A stretch of DNA of 64,000 nucleotides from an uncultured bacterium (GTDB taxonomy: Bacteria > Patescibacteriota > Minisyncoccia > Phycocordibacterales > GWA1-40-21). The position numbers were made by a program, and so were the translations under genes. Below the pieces are notes generated by a model that was given only the letters and a program-made list of their open reading frames with translations, made no database searches and was not told where the DNA came from. Position 1 is the first letter of the stretch, and each line of letters starts with the position of its first letter. The stretch is from contig CAIKXY010000004.1 in assembly GCA_903831595.1 (NCBI GenBank), positions 7,152 to 71,151 on the forward strand, read 5' to 3'. Below, piece by piece: positions 20,303 to 29,438 of the stretch.

Positions 20303-23300
20303 ATGATAAAAACTAAACAATCATCAGATCAAAATTTCAACACCATTTCCATTCGAGTTGCTTCACCAGAAGTTATTGCAAAATGGTCTTTTGGAGAAAT
20401 TACAAAACCAGAAACTATAAACTATAGAACTCAAAGATCAGAAAGAGGTGGTCTTTTTGATGAAAAAATATTTGGACCAGATAAAGATTACGAATGTTAT
20501 TGCGGAAAATACAAAGGGATCAGATACAAAGGAATCATTTGTGAAAAATGCGGAGTTGAAATCACAAGATCAATTGTTAGAAGAGAGAGAATGGGACACA
20601 TAGAATTGTCTACACCTGTTTCTCATATTTGGTTTTTAAGAGGTATTCCATCAAGACTTGGAGCAGTTATGGGAATGTCAGTCGCTGACCTTGAAAAAGT
20701 TATTTACTTCGCTGGATACATTATTACAAAAATTTCTCAACCAGAAAAAGATAGGATTATCAAAGAAATTGAAAATGAATTCAAAAACAAAGTAAAAAAT
20801 GTCACCGATGACAAGACAAAAGAGGCTTTGAAAGAAATGGCACAAAATGCCAAGAAAGAAGTTGAAAGTATTGTCGAAGGAAAAGTTTTAGATGAAGCAA
20901 ACTATCATAAATTCTCAATAAAATATGGTGCAGCATTCGAAGCGGGCATCGGGGGAGAAACAATTTTTGAAATCCTAAAGAAAATTAATCTTGAAGATTT
21001 AGAAAAGAAAATTGTTGCCGGACTAGAAAAATCAAATACTGCTGATACAGAAAAATTAAACAAGAGATTGAGCTTAATTAGAATGATGATTGCATCAAAA
21101 TCAAGACCAGAATGGATGTTTCTTACAAAAATTCCAGTTATTCCACCAGCACTTCGCCCTATGGTTCCGCTTGATGGAGGAAGATTTGCTACATCAGACG
21201 TAAACGATCTTTATAGAAGAGTTATAAATAGAAATAACAGACTTTTGAAATTGAAAGAAATCAGCGCACCAGATGTTATTTTGAGAAACGAAAAAAGAAT
21301 TCTTCAAGAAGCAGTTGATGCTTTGATCGACAATTCTATTAGACACGGAAACGCATTATTCTCAGCAATGGGTTCTGCTTCAAGCAAGAGACCATTAAAA
21401 TCACTTGCAGACAATTTGAAAGGAAAGAGAGGTTTGTTTAGACAAAACCTTTTGGGTAAACGTGTAGATTATTCTGGTAGATCAGTTATCGTCGTTGGTC
21501 CAGAATTAAATCTTGACCAGTGTGGACTTCCAAAACACATGGCTCTTGAATTATTTAGACCATTTATTATTTCTGAACTTTTGAAAAAAGAACTTGCTTA
21601 CAATATAAGAGGTGCTGGCAGACTTATCGACGATGGCGCACCTGAAGTTTGGGCAATTCTTGAAGAAGTAATCAAAGACAAATACGTTCTCTTAAACAGA
21701 GCTCCAACCCTTCATAGACTTGGTATTCAAGCATTTAGACCTATTCTTATTGAAGGACACGCTATTCAGGTTCACCCACTTGTATGTTCTGCTTTCAACG
21801 CAGACTTCGACGGAGATCAAATGGCAGTTCACGTTCCACTTGGAGAAGAAGCACAAAAAGAAGCAAAAGAAATTATGGCTTCCGACAAAAACGTTCTCAA
21901 ACCAGGAGACGGAGATCCAACAATTTCATTTAAACTTTTGGATATCGCGCTTGGTTGTTATTGGATGACAAAAATTATTCCTGGAGAAAAAGGTGAAGGA
22001 AAATATTTTCAATCAACAAACTCAGCTATTACGGCAAGAGACTTTGGAATAATTACATACAGAACAAAAATTCACGTTTTGCCTTCGACGAAAGCAAAAT
22101 ATGCACAATTTGAAGGAAAGCTTTTTGAAACAACTGTTGGAAGATTATTGTTCAACAGTGTACTTCCATCAGATTATCCATTCGTAAATAAAGAAGTTGA
22201 TATAAAACTTTTGAGAAAAATTATTGATGACCTTATCATTCAACACGGACCAGACAATATTGCTCCTATCATGGACAAGATTAAAAACTTTGGATTCAAG
22301 TTTGCAAGCGTCTCAGGTATCACATGGGGTATTGATGATGTTCAAGTTCCAAAAGAAAAAGACAGTGTTATAAATTCTGCAAAAACAAAATCAATAGAAG
22401 TTTCTGACCAATTCACAGAAGGTTTACTTACTGATGAGGAAAGAGTTAGAAAAAATGTTGAAATTTGGCAAGGTGCAAAAAATGAATTGGAAAAACTTAT
22501 TCCAGACACTCTAGACCACAACAGCTCTGTATACGACATGTGGAAGTCAGGAGCAAGAGGATCTTTGGGATCTCTTGTACAGATGGTTGGTATGAAAGGT
22601 ATGATTCAAAATACAATGGGAGAAACTATTGAGTTCCCAGTTATCAATTCATCAAAAGAAGGTTTTACTCCGATTGAATACTTCATTACCACTCACGGCT
22701 CAAGAAAAGGTCTTACAGATACAGCGCTAAACACTGCAAAAGCCGGTTATCTTACAAGAAGATTGTTTGATATCGCACAAGATATCATTATCAAAGAAGA
22801 GGACTGCGGTACAAAAGATTCTATTATTGTCAGCAGAAATACTGGAAAAGATACTGGTTCATCTGTTGCAAAAAATATTAGAGGAAGAATTTTGGCCGAA
22901 GATGCTATCGGTAATGATGGAAAAGTATTATTCAAGAAAGGTACTCTTCTTACAAAGAATGATGCACAAGCAATAGAAAAAGCAGAAGTCGAAAATATTT
23001 CTGTTAGATCACCACTTGTTTGTAAAACACTTCACGGTATTTGTGCAAAATGTTACGGTATGGATCTTGGAAAAGGAATTCTTATCGATGTTGGAGAAGC
23101 TGTCGGTACTATCGCAGCTCAAGCTATCGGTGAACCAGGAACTCAGCTTACAATGAGAACATTCCACGCCGGAGGAGCAGCATCAGCAGGTGGAGATATT
23201 ACACAAGGTTTGCCTAGAGTTGAAGAAATCTTTGAAAAGAGAAGACCAAAAAATCCAGCTATCATTGCAACAGTCAACGGTGTTGTTACATCAGTAAAGG

Positions 23301-23977
23301 ATTTTGGAAAAGAAAAAATAATTACAGTCATTCCAGATCTTGAAGACAAAGGTAAATCAAAAAAATCAGGAGAAATTGAATACGTATTCAATCCAAAGAG
23401 AGTTGTACACGTAAAACAAGGAGACAAGATTACAAAAGGACAATTACTTACAGACGGTTCTGCAGATGTTGATGAAATATTTGAATTTGCTGGAAGAAAT
23501 AAAGCAATTGAATATATTATCACTGAGGTCAGCAAACCTTACGAATTGCAAGGTGCTGCTGTTGCAAGAAAACACATTGAGATTATTGTTAAACAAATGT
23601 TCTCAAAAAAAGTTGTATCAAATCCTGGTTCTTCAAATCTTTGCGTTGGCGACATTATAGACGAGCTAGATTTGAAACTTGAAAATGAAGAAATAAAAGA
23701 AAATAAAGGTGAGTTACTAGAAGCAAAGCCTGTAGTCATGGGTATCACCGAATCATCACTTTCAAGAAGAAGCTGGTTGTCAGCCGCATCATTCCAACAC
23801 ACAGTAAGAATCCTTATTAACGCTGCAATCAAAGGTACAAACGATAGCCTTATCGGTCTAAAAGAAAATGTTATAATTGGTAGAATAATTCCAGCAGGAA
23901 CAGGTTTCGTCGGAAGCAAGAAACACGAAATGATTCAAGAAGTTCAAAAGCAGTTTGAAGACGAAGCTGAGTACTAA
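20303..23977 (+). CDS. rpoC: DNA-directed RNA polymerase subunit beta'
   Basis: Zn-finger CYCGKYKGIRYKGIICEKCG, catalytic NADFDGDQMAVH, and the bridge and trigger regions. Confidence 0.95.
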   Translation: MIKTKQSSDQNFNTISIRVASPEVIAKWSFGEITKPETINYRTQRSERGGLFDEKIFGPDKDYECYCGKYKGIRYKGIICEKCGVEITRSIVRRERMGHIELSTPVSHIWFLRGIPSRLGAVMGMSVADLEKVIYFAGYIITKISQPEKDRIIKEIENEFKNKVKNVTDDKTKEALKEMAQNAKKEVESIVEGKVLDEANYHKFSIKYGAAFEAGIGGETIFEILKKINLEDLEKKIVAGLEKSNTADTEKLNKRLSLIRMMIASKSRPEWMFLTKIPVIPPALRPMVPLDGGRFATSDVNDLYRRVINRNNRLLKLKEISAPDVILRNEKRILQEAVDALIDNSIRHGNALFSAMGSASSKRPLKSLADNLKGKRGLFRQNLLGKRVDYSGRSVIVVGPELNLDQCGLPKHMALELFRPFIISELLKKELAYNIRGAGRLIDDGAPEVWAILEEVIKDKYVLLNRAPTLHRLGIQAFRPILIEGHAIQVHPLVCSAFNADFDGDQMAVHVPLGEEAQKEAKEIMASDKNVLKPGDGDPTISFKLLDIALGCYWMTKIIPGEKGEGKYFQSTNSAITARDFGIITYRTKIHVLPSTKAKYAQFEGKLFETTVGRLLFNSVLPSDYPFVNKEVDIKLLRKIIDDLIIQHGPDNIAPIMDKIKNFGFKFASVSGITWGIDDVQVPKEKDSVINSAKTKSIEVSDQFTEGLLTDEERVRKNVEIWQGAKNELEKLIPDTLDHNSSVYDMWKSGARGSLGSLVQMVGMKGMIQNTMGETIEFPVINSSKEGFTPIEYFITTHGSRKGLTDTALNTAKAGYLTRRLFDIAQDIIIKEEDCGTKDSIIVSRNTGKDTGSSVAKNIRGRILAEDAIGNDGKVLFKKGTLLTKNDAQAIEKAEVENISVRSPLVCKTLHGICAKCYGMDLGKGILIDVGEAVGTIAAQAIGEPGTQLTMRTFHAGGAASAGGDITQGLPRVEEIFEKRRPKNPAIIATVNGVVTSVKDFGKEKIITVIPDLEDKGKSKKSGEIEYVFNPKRVVHVKQGDKITKGQLLTDGSADVDEIFEFAGRNKAIEYIITEVSKPYELQGAAVARKHIEIIVKQMFSKKVVSNPGSSNLCVGDIIDELDLKLENEEIKENKGELLEAKPVVMGITESSLSRRSWLSAASFQHTVRILINAAIKGTNDSLIGLKENVIIGRIIPAGTGFVGSKKHEMIQEVQKQFEDEAEY

Positions 23978-24025
23978 TTGTTAGTGTTTAGAATTGGAAT
24001 TTGATTTTTTAAGTTAATTTAAAAC

Positions 24026-25759
24026 ATGTCATCTTCCGTAGAACAAATAAAAGAAAGATTAAGCATACAAGATGTTGTTGGCTCATATCTAAAATTAGAG
24101 AAAGCCGGCAATAGCTTGAAAGCAAGGTGTCCTTTTCACAATGAAAAGACGCCATCTTTCTTCGTGTCACCAGACAGATCAAGCTATTACTGTTTTGGAT
24201 GCGGAAAAAATGGAGATATTTTTACATTTGTTCAAGAATTCGAAGGAATTGACTTTATTGGCGCATTAAAAATACTTGCAGACAAAGCTGGCGTCACACT
24301 AGAAAAATTCACATCAAAAACGGGCGATAAAAAAGAAAGATTGTATCAGCTCATGGAAGCTGTAACATTATTTTTGCAAAGAAATTTGCAGTCAGAGGAG
24401 ATACCATTAAGCTACTTGAAAAAAAGAGGGCTTAAAGACGAAACAATTAAAAATTGGAGAATCGGCTATGTCCGCGATGAATGGCGTACAATTTCCGACC
24501 ACTTAAAATCAAAGGGCTTCTTAGATGACGAGATTGAAAGGGCAGGAATATCAAAAACTGAAGGAAAAAATACCTATGACAGATTCCGTGGAAGAATTAT
24601 GTTTCCAATTTTTGACAGCGCCAGCAGAGTTATCGCATTTTCTGGAAGAATACTTCACGACGATGGACAGTCCGCAAAATATTTAAATTCACCCCAAACT
24701 GAGCTTTTTGACAAATCAAAAGTTCTTTACGGATACGACAAAGCAAAACAATCAATCAGAAAATTTGATTTCTCAATTTTAGTTGAAGGACAAATGGATA
24801 TTTTGATGGCTCATCAAGCTGGATTTACAAACACAGTCGCATCATCCGGCACCGCGCTCACAAGCGAACACCTATCGCTTCTAAAAAGAATTTCAAATAA
24901 AATAATCATGTCTTTTGATTCCGACAATGCCGGAGCAAAAGCTGCAGAAAGGGGATGGGCACTGGCACTTTCTTGCGGAATGGATGTCAAAATCGCCGAA
25001 ATTCCAAAAGGTTTTGATCCAGCCGATTTAATTTTGAAAGACAAAGAAGAATTCAAAAACACCATTAAATACTCAATTTTCCTTATAGACTTCTTACTAA
25101 ATAGAGTAAAAGCGGAAATATCAGACAAAAAGAAGCTTTGGCAAACAATAAAAACAAAAGTTTTGCCTTACATTTATTTACTAGATGGAAATACCGAAAG
25201 AAGCAGATATGTCAAAAAAATATCTGAAATGATTGATACGAAAGAAGATTTTATTTGGGACGACCTAAAGAAAGTGAAGCTCGACGAAGAATTCCAGCCA
25301 AAAACACAGACGGAAAATAAAACGATTGAGAAACAAATGGGAGAAGAAATATTAAAAAATGGTTCAGTTGAGAAAAATCTTGCCGTAATACTCGCAAAAC
25401 AAGAAAGTTTAAAAATAAACACTTCAAAAGTACAAGAACAAATCAAAAATATTACTGGTGAAGAAAAATTTAATAATTTTCTAAAAGAATACAAAGAAAA
25501 AATAGACGAGTTAACTTTTGAAGCAGAAAATTATTATGGCGATGTAAAAGAAGAAAAATTAATCAAAGAAACAGAATATCTGATCTTAAATCTTCGCGAA
25601 GAATATTTCAAAAAAGAACTTGAAAAACTTCTTATAAATCTAAAAGTCGCAGAGAAAGAAAAAACGATAGAAAAAATAAACGCAATATCAATCCGCTTAA
25701 AAGAAATTATGCAAAAATTGAGTGATATAAAAAAAGAGAAGCATGAATTTTATAAATAG
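24026..25759 (+). CDS. dnaG: DNA primase
   Basis: CHC2 zinc finger (CPFHNEKTPSFFVSP...YYCFGCG) and a TOPRIM domain (EGQMDILMAHQAG...SFDSDNAG). Confidence 0.9.
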   Translation: MSSSVEQIKERLSIQDVVGSYLKLEKAGNSLKARCPFHNEKTPSFFVSPDRSSYYCFGCGKNGDIFTFVQEFEGIDFIGALKILADKAGVTLEKFTSKTGDKKERLYQLMEAVTLFLQRNLQSEEIPLSYLKKRGLKDETIKNWRIGYVRDEWRTISDHLKSKGFLDDEIERAGISKTEGKNTYDRFRGRIMFPIFDSASRVIAFSGRILHDDGQSAKYLNSPQTELFDKSKVLYGYDKAKQSIRKFDFSILVEGQMDILMAHQAGFTNTVASSGTALTSEHLSLLKRISNKIIMSFDSDNAGAKAAERGWALALSCGMDVKIAEIPKGFDPADLILKDKEEFKNTIKYSIFLIDFLLNRVKAEISDKKKLWQTIKTKVLPYIYLLDGNTERSRYVKKISEMIDTKEDFIWDDLKKVKLDEEFQPKTQTENKTIEKQMGEEILKNGSVEKNLAVILAKQESLKINTSKVQEQIKNITGEEKFNNFLKEYKEKIDELTFEAENYYGDVKEEKLIKETEYLILNLREEYFKKELEKLLINLKVAEKEKTIEKINAISIRLKEIMQKLSDIKKEKHEFYK

Positions 25760-25879
25760 TTTGTAAAGGTCAATATTTATTAGCAGTGTGTCATTCCCGC
25801 GTAGGCGGGAATCCAGTGTAAATTAAATTAATACTGGATCCCCGCATCCGCGAGGATGACAAAAATATAATAACAATTT

Positions 25880-27082
25880 ATGAAGAAACACAAAAAAACA
25901 AAGAAAATTTCAAAGGGTAAGCCTAAGGTCAAAAAGACCAAGAAAACCCCTAAAAAGGCCGTTTCTAAGGCCAAAAAGGCACAAAAAACGCCTAAGGTTA
26001 CCTTAAAACAGCGAGATTTGGACCTCAAAGCCGACAAGCTCATCTCAAAAGGACGAGAGCGTGGCTTTATTACCTATGACGAAATTTTGAAAGAATTTCC
26101 AAAAGTTGAAGACGATGTAATGTTTCTTGATGACCTTTACAACAAATTAGTTGTCGCCGGCATAGACGTGCTTGAAGGAGGTGGAATGCTCGAAGTTGAT
26201 GAAGAGCAAATAAAAAAATATTCTACATATGGCACAAGAAGTGCGGACGCTGGCTACGATTCTATCCAAATATATTTGAAAGAAATAGGGCAATATCCGC
26301 TCATCAACGCTTCAATGGAAAAAGATCTTGCAAGAAAAATCCAGCAAGGTGATATGGAAGCAAAAAATCTTCTCGCAAAAGCCAACTTGCGTCTCGTCGT
26401 TTCTATCGCAAAAAAATATGTTGGAAGAAGTGCAGACCTTACACTTTTGGACCTCATTCAAGAAGGAAATCTTGGTTTGTTTAAAGCTGTAGATAAATTT
26501 GACTGGACAAAAGGTTTCAAATTCTCCACATATGCAACTTGGTGGATTCGCCAAGCCATCACAAGAGCACTCGCAGACCAATCAAGAACAATCCGTGTCC
26601 CGGTGCACATGGTGGAAACAATCGCAAAATACAAACAAGTTTTCAGAAGATTGTCACAAGATTTGGGTAGAGAACCTCTTTCAGAAGAAATAGCAACAGA
26701 AATGGGACTTGAAATAGAAAAAGTTTATATGATTGAAAAAATCGACCAAGACACAGTTTCTTTGGAAGCTCCTGTTGGTGAAGATGATGACGGCAAATCA
26801 ACTCTCGGAGATTTTGTCGCGGATGATAAAATACTTTCTCCCGACCAAGAATCTTCAAGAAGAATTCTTTCCGACCAAGTCAAAGAAATTTTGAATGACC
26901 TTTCACTTAAAGAAAAGAAAATTCTTGAAATGAGACACGGTTTGAATGATGGTATCACTCACACCCTTGAAGAAGTAGGCCTTGAATTCGGCGTCACAAG
27001 AGAGCGTATTCGACAAATTGAAGCTAAGGCTCACGAAAAAATAAGACAGCATGAGAAGATAAATCGGCTACAAAGTTATTAA
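25880..27082 (+). CDS. rpoD: RNA polymerase sigma factor RpoD with an N-terminal lysine-rich (histone H1-like) extension
   Basis: Regions 1.2-4 are conserved ([20 protein letters not shown], and the region 4.2 HTH). The first ~55 aa are K/P/A-rich ([25 protein letters not shown]...). Confidence 0.9.
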   Translation: MKKHKKTKKISKGKPKVKKTKKTPKKAVSKAKKAQKTPKVTLKQRDLDLKADKLISKGRERGFITYDEILKEFPKVEDDVMFLDDLYNKLVVAGIDVLEGGGMLEVDEEQIKKYSTYGTRSADAGYDSIQIYLKEIGQYPLINASMEKDLARKIQQGDMEAKNLLAKANLRLVVSIAKKYVGRSADLTLLDLIQEGNLGLFKAVDKFDWTKGFKFSTYATWWIRQAITRALADQSRTIRVPVHMVETIAKYKQVFRRLSQDLGREPLSEEIATEMGLEIEKVYMIEKIDQDTVSLEAPVGEDDDGKSTLGDFVADDKILSPDQESSRRILSDQVKEILNDLSLKEKKILEMRHGLNDGITHTLEEVGLEFGVTRERIRQIEAKAHEKIRQHEKINRLQSY

Positions 27083-27091
27083 AACAAAAAA

Positions 27092-27117
27092 ACAGCTCAA
27101 AATGAGCTGTTTTTTTA
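27092..27117 (+). terminator. rho-independent terminator after rpoD
   Basis: ACAGCTCA-aaat-GAGCTGT hairpin followed by TTTTTTT. Confidence 0.7.
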
Positions 27118-27150
27118 AATGAATAATAATACAATTATGTTAAAATATAA

Positions 27151-28740
27151 GTGATGAAACAGCTAACCAAAACAGACTTTATACTATATAGAGAATGTGC
27201 CAAAAATGTTTGGATTAAATGGCATATGCCGGAAGAATATAAAAAATTCCCAATTTCAAAATTTGAACAATCTTTGGGTGTGATGGGAAATGAAGTTGAA
27301 AAGCTAGCACGGGGAATGTTTCCAGATGGCTATTTGGTTGAAAAAAGAAGTGAAGGGGCGCAGGAGCTTACGAAGAAGCTGATGCTCGTGCATACGCCCA
27401 TCATATTTCAAGCGGTTTTCAGTACCGACAAGTATTTGGCCGCAACAGACGTCCTAAAATGGAACAAAGAAGCAAAAGCCTACGATTTGTACGAAATTAA
27501 AATGTCTTCCACAGAAGGCGAGAACGACGATGTATTGGAGGATGGTAAAGAGCCTAAGGTCAACAAAAAGAAAGAACTTCAATACGAATACGACTTGGCC
27601 TTTCAAACAAATGTTGCCAAACTTTGCGGTGTAAATTTTAATAAAAAATACCTTGTTCGTTTAAATAAAAAATACAAAAGAGTAGGGGATTTAGATTATT
27701 CAAAATTATTTGAAATTACAGACAAAACAGAAGTCTTAAACGAAACTTTTTTATCAATCGCTCTCACAGAAATGAATTCTGCTTATGAATATTTATCTGC
27801 GAAAAATACACCAATCGGCAGATGTTCTTGTTATTACAAAGGCCGTTCATCACACTGCACATCTTTCAGTATAAGCAATCCTGATGTGCCAACATACAGC
27901 GTTCACGATTTAAATAGAATTGGAAATAGTAAAAAATTGCTTGGCGAATTACTAAATGAAGGAATATTAAAAGTTGATGACGTTCCAGAAGAAATGGTAA
28001 AGCCCAAGAAGGCGAAAAAAGGTGAGGAAGATAAAAAACCAATCAAGCTCAACCAAGTCCGAGTTTATAAAACAAAACAGCCAATAATTGATATTGAAGC
28101 CATTAAAATGGAGCTAAATTCGCTCAAATTCCCCCTATATTTCCTTGATTATGAGACATACCCGACAGCTATTCCGCCATTTAGCGGTTATCATCCATAC
28201 CAGCACATTGTCTTTCAATATTCTTTACATATTTTAAAAAGTAAAGATGCAGAACTTGAACACAAAGAATGTTTGATACTAGAAGGAGATCCTGCAGAGA
28301 AAATCGTTGCAAGCTTGAGAGAAAATATTGGAGATACCGGAAGCGTAATTTCTTGGTATAAAAGTTTTGAAAATTCTAGAAACAAAGAACTCGCGGGGCT
28401 TGTGCCAGAGCAAGCAGAATTTTTGCATTCTGTAATTGAGCGCACTTATGATTTGATGGATATTGTTGATAAGCAGTATTATGTCCATCATGGATTCAAA
28501 GGAAGCTCATCAATCAAAAAAGTTCAGCCAGTAATAGCTCCCAATTTTTCATACAAAGACCTTGATGTTCAAAATGGAACTATGGCGATAGAAGCATACA
28601 GACAAATATCAGTAGGGGAACTCAAAGGCAAGGAAGTGGAAGAAAAAAGAAAACAAATGCTCAAATACTGCGAGTATGATACTTTGATTATGTATAAAAT
28701 TTGGAAATTCTTTATTGATTTGGTGGCTAAGAAAGAGTAA
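27151..28740 (+). CDS. DUF2779-family protein (predicted Cas4/RecB-like PD-(D/E)XK nuclease N-domain plus DUF2779 C-domain)
   Basis: N-terminus reads LTKTDFILYRECAKNVWIKWH with an N-terminal Cys. A Cys cluster follows (CSCYYKGRSSHC). The C-terminal half carries YFLDYETYPTAIPPF...YQHIVFQYSLH, characteristic of DUF2779. Confidence 0.55.
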   Translation: MMKQLTKTDFILYRECAKNVWIKWHMPEEYKKFPISKFEQSLGVMGNEVEKLARGMFPDGYLVEKRSEGAQELTKKLMLVHTPIIFQAVFSTDKYLAATDVLKWNKEAKAYDLYEIKMSSTEGENDDVLEDGKEPKVNKKKELQYEYDLAFQTNVAKLCGVNFNKKYLVRLNKKYKRVGDLDYSKLFEITDKTEVLNETFLSIALTEMNSAYEYLSAKNTPIGRCSCYYKGRSSHCTSFSISNPDVPTYSVHDLNRIGNSKKLLGELLNEGILKVDDVPEEMVKPKKAKKGEEDKKPIKLNQVRVYKTKQPIIDIEAIKMELNSLKFPLYFLDYETYPTAIPPFSGYHPYQHIVFQYSLHILKSKDAELEHKECLILEGDPAEKIVASLRENIGDTGSVISWYKSFENSRNKELAGLVPEQAEFLHSVIERTYDLMDIVDKQYYVHHGFKGSSSIKKVQPVIAPNFSYKDLDVQNGTMAIEAYRQISVGELKGKEVEEKRKQMLKYCEYDTLIMYKIWKFFIDLVAKKE

Positions 28741-28865
28741 TTTTAGTAATTGAAAATATTTATCGGTATGCTAATATTTAATTACCACCCAGTTGTTTGG
28801 GAGTTAGGAAGTGTGTTTACCGGAAAAAACATACTTCAAACCTCCAAAATTGTTGGTTGTATTTA

Positions 28866-28902
28866 AAGAGTCGTTCAGCCGGGTGAACGACTCCTTTTTT
28901 TA
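28866..28902 (+). terminator. rho-independent terminator
   Basis: 10-bp stem GAGTCGTTCA / TGAACGACTC with loop GCCGGG, followed by a run of 8 T. Confidence 0.65.
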
Positions 28903-28953
28903 TGTTAAATATTATTACAATTGCCGAGGCTCTACCTCGGCGAATTATATAAT

Positions 28954-28984
28954 ATTTTTCCCCGAGGTGGAGCCTCGGGGAAGT
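28954..28984. repeat. 31-bp perfect direct repeat, copy 1 (ATTTTTCCCCGAGGTGGAGCCTCGGGGAAGT), containing an 8-bp-stem palindrome
   Basis: Identical to 29371-29401. A related inverted variant, GCCGAGGCTCTACCTCGGC, lies at 28923-28941. Confidence 0.7.
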
Positions 28985-29000
28985 GTGATCAATTGTGTGC

Positions 29001-29028
29001 TTGACAAATATTTTACTTGTCCTATAAT
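29001..29028 (+). promoter_or_regulatory. near-consensus sigma70 promoter (TTGACA-16-TATAAT) with no protein gene downstream on this strand
   Basis: TTGACA at 29001-29006 and TATAAT at 29023-29028. Confidence 0.55.
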
Positions 29029-29034
29029 ATGTTC

Positions 29035-29365
29035 ACGGCAATCGGAGGCGGGTCCGAGCAGTGCACCCATGTTGCACTTGCGAAAAGCCAGTAGTTCTTT
29101 TATTTTTCACGAAGTCAGTCTGGTATTTAATGCCCGCTACATATCCAGACTGATATTTGGGAAAGGGGGAAATGAGTATAACCGGTCATATCTATACTTG
29201 TTTCTCAAACTTATGAAGTATCGGGAGTAGTTTCAAACGGTTGGAACTACTCCTAAGCATTAATATAACGGGCAAACAGGCGACTGTCACCGAGGATAAT
29301 ACCTGTTTGTATGACCAAGTGCTTCAATTAAGCTAGTCACATCGGTGTAGACTAGCTTATTTTAT
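29035..29365 (+). ncRNA. candidate structured non-coding RNA (about 330 nt; identity unknown)
   Basis: Runs from the promoter-predicted TSS to a hairpin plus T-rich tract (GCTAGTC...GACTAGC TTATTTTATT). Contains at least five stable hairpins of 6-9 bp. The termini can pair (GGCAAU with AUUGCC). The longest ORFs inside are trivial. A strong terminator follows at 29407-29437. Confidence 0.35.
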
Positions 29366-29370
29366 TGCCA

Positions 29371-29401
29371 ATTTTTCCCCGAGGTGGAGCCTCGGGGAAG
29401 T
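29371..29401. repeat. 31-bp perfect direct repeat, copy 2
   Basis: Identical to 28954-28984. The two copies bracket the promoter and the ncRNA candidate. Confidence 0.7.
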
Positions 29402-29406
29402 AAAAT

Positions 29407-29437
29407 GGCGGGCGCTTCGCGCCCGCCTAATTTTTTT
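29407..29437 (+). terminator. strong rho-independent terminator (GGCGGGCGC-ttcg-GCGCCCGCC plus T-run), possibly also acting on convergent dsbA
   Basis: 9-bp GC-only stem followed by TAATTTTTTT. Confidence 0.75.
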
Positions 29438-29438
29438 A

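Noticed and set aside
28811-29230. 139-aa plus-strand ORF spanning the terminator, palindromic repeats and promoter
   Set aside because: It reads through a terminator hairpin, both repeat elements and a consensus promoter. It has no RBS and a junk-like composition, so it is better explained as non-coding regulatory or RNA sequence.
29035-29365. Attempt to identify the structured RNA as RNase P RNA, tmRNA, SRP RNA or 6S RNA
   Set aside because: By eye I could not find the RNase P P4/CR-I or CR-V cores, the tmRNA tRNA-like 3' end or tag ORF, or the SRP domain IV motif. Identity therefore remains open and needs covariance-model searches.
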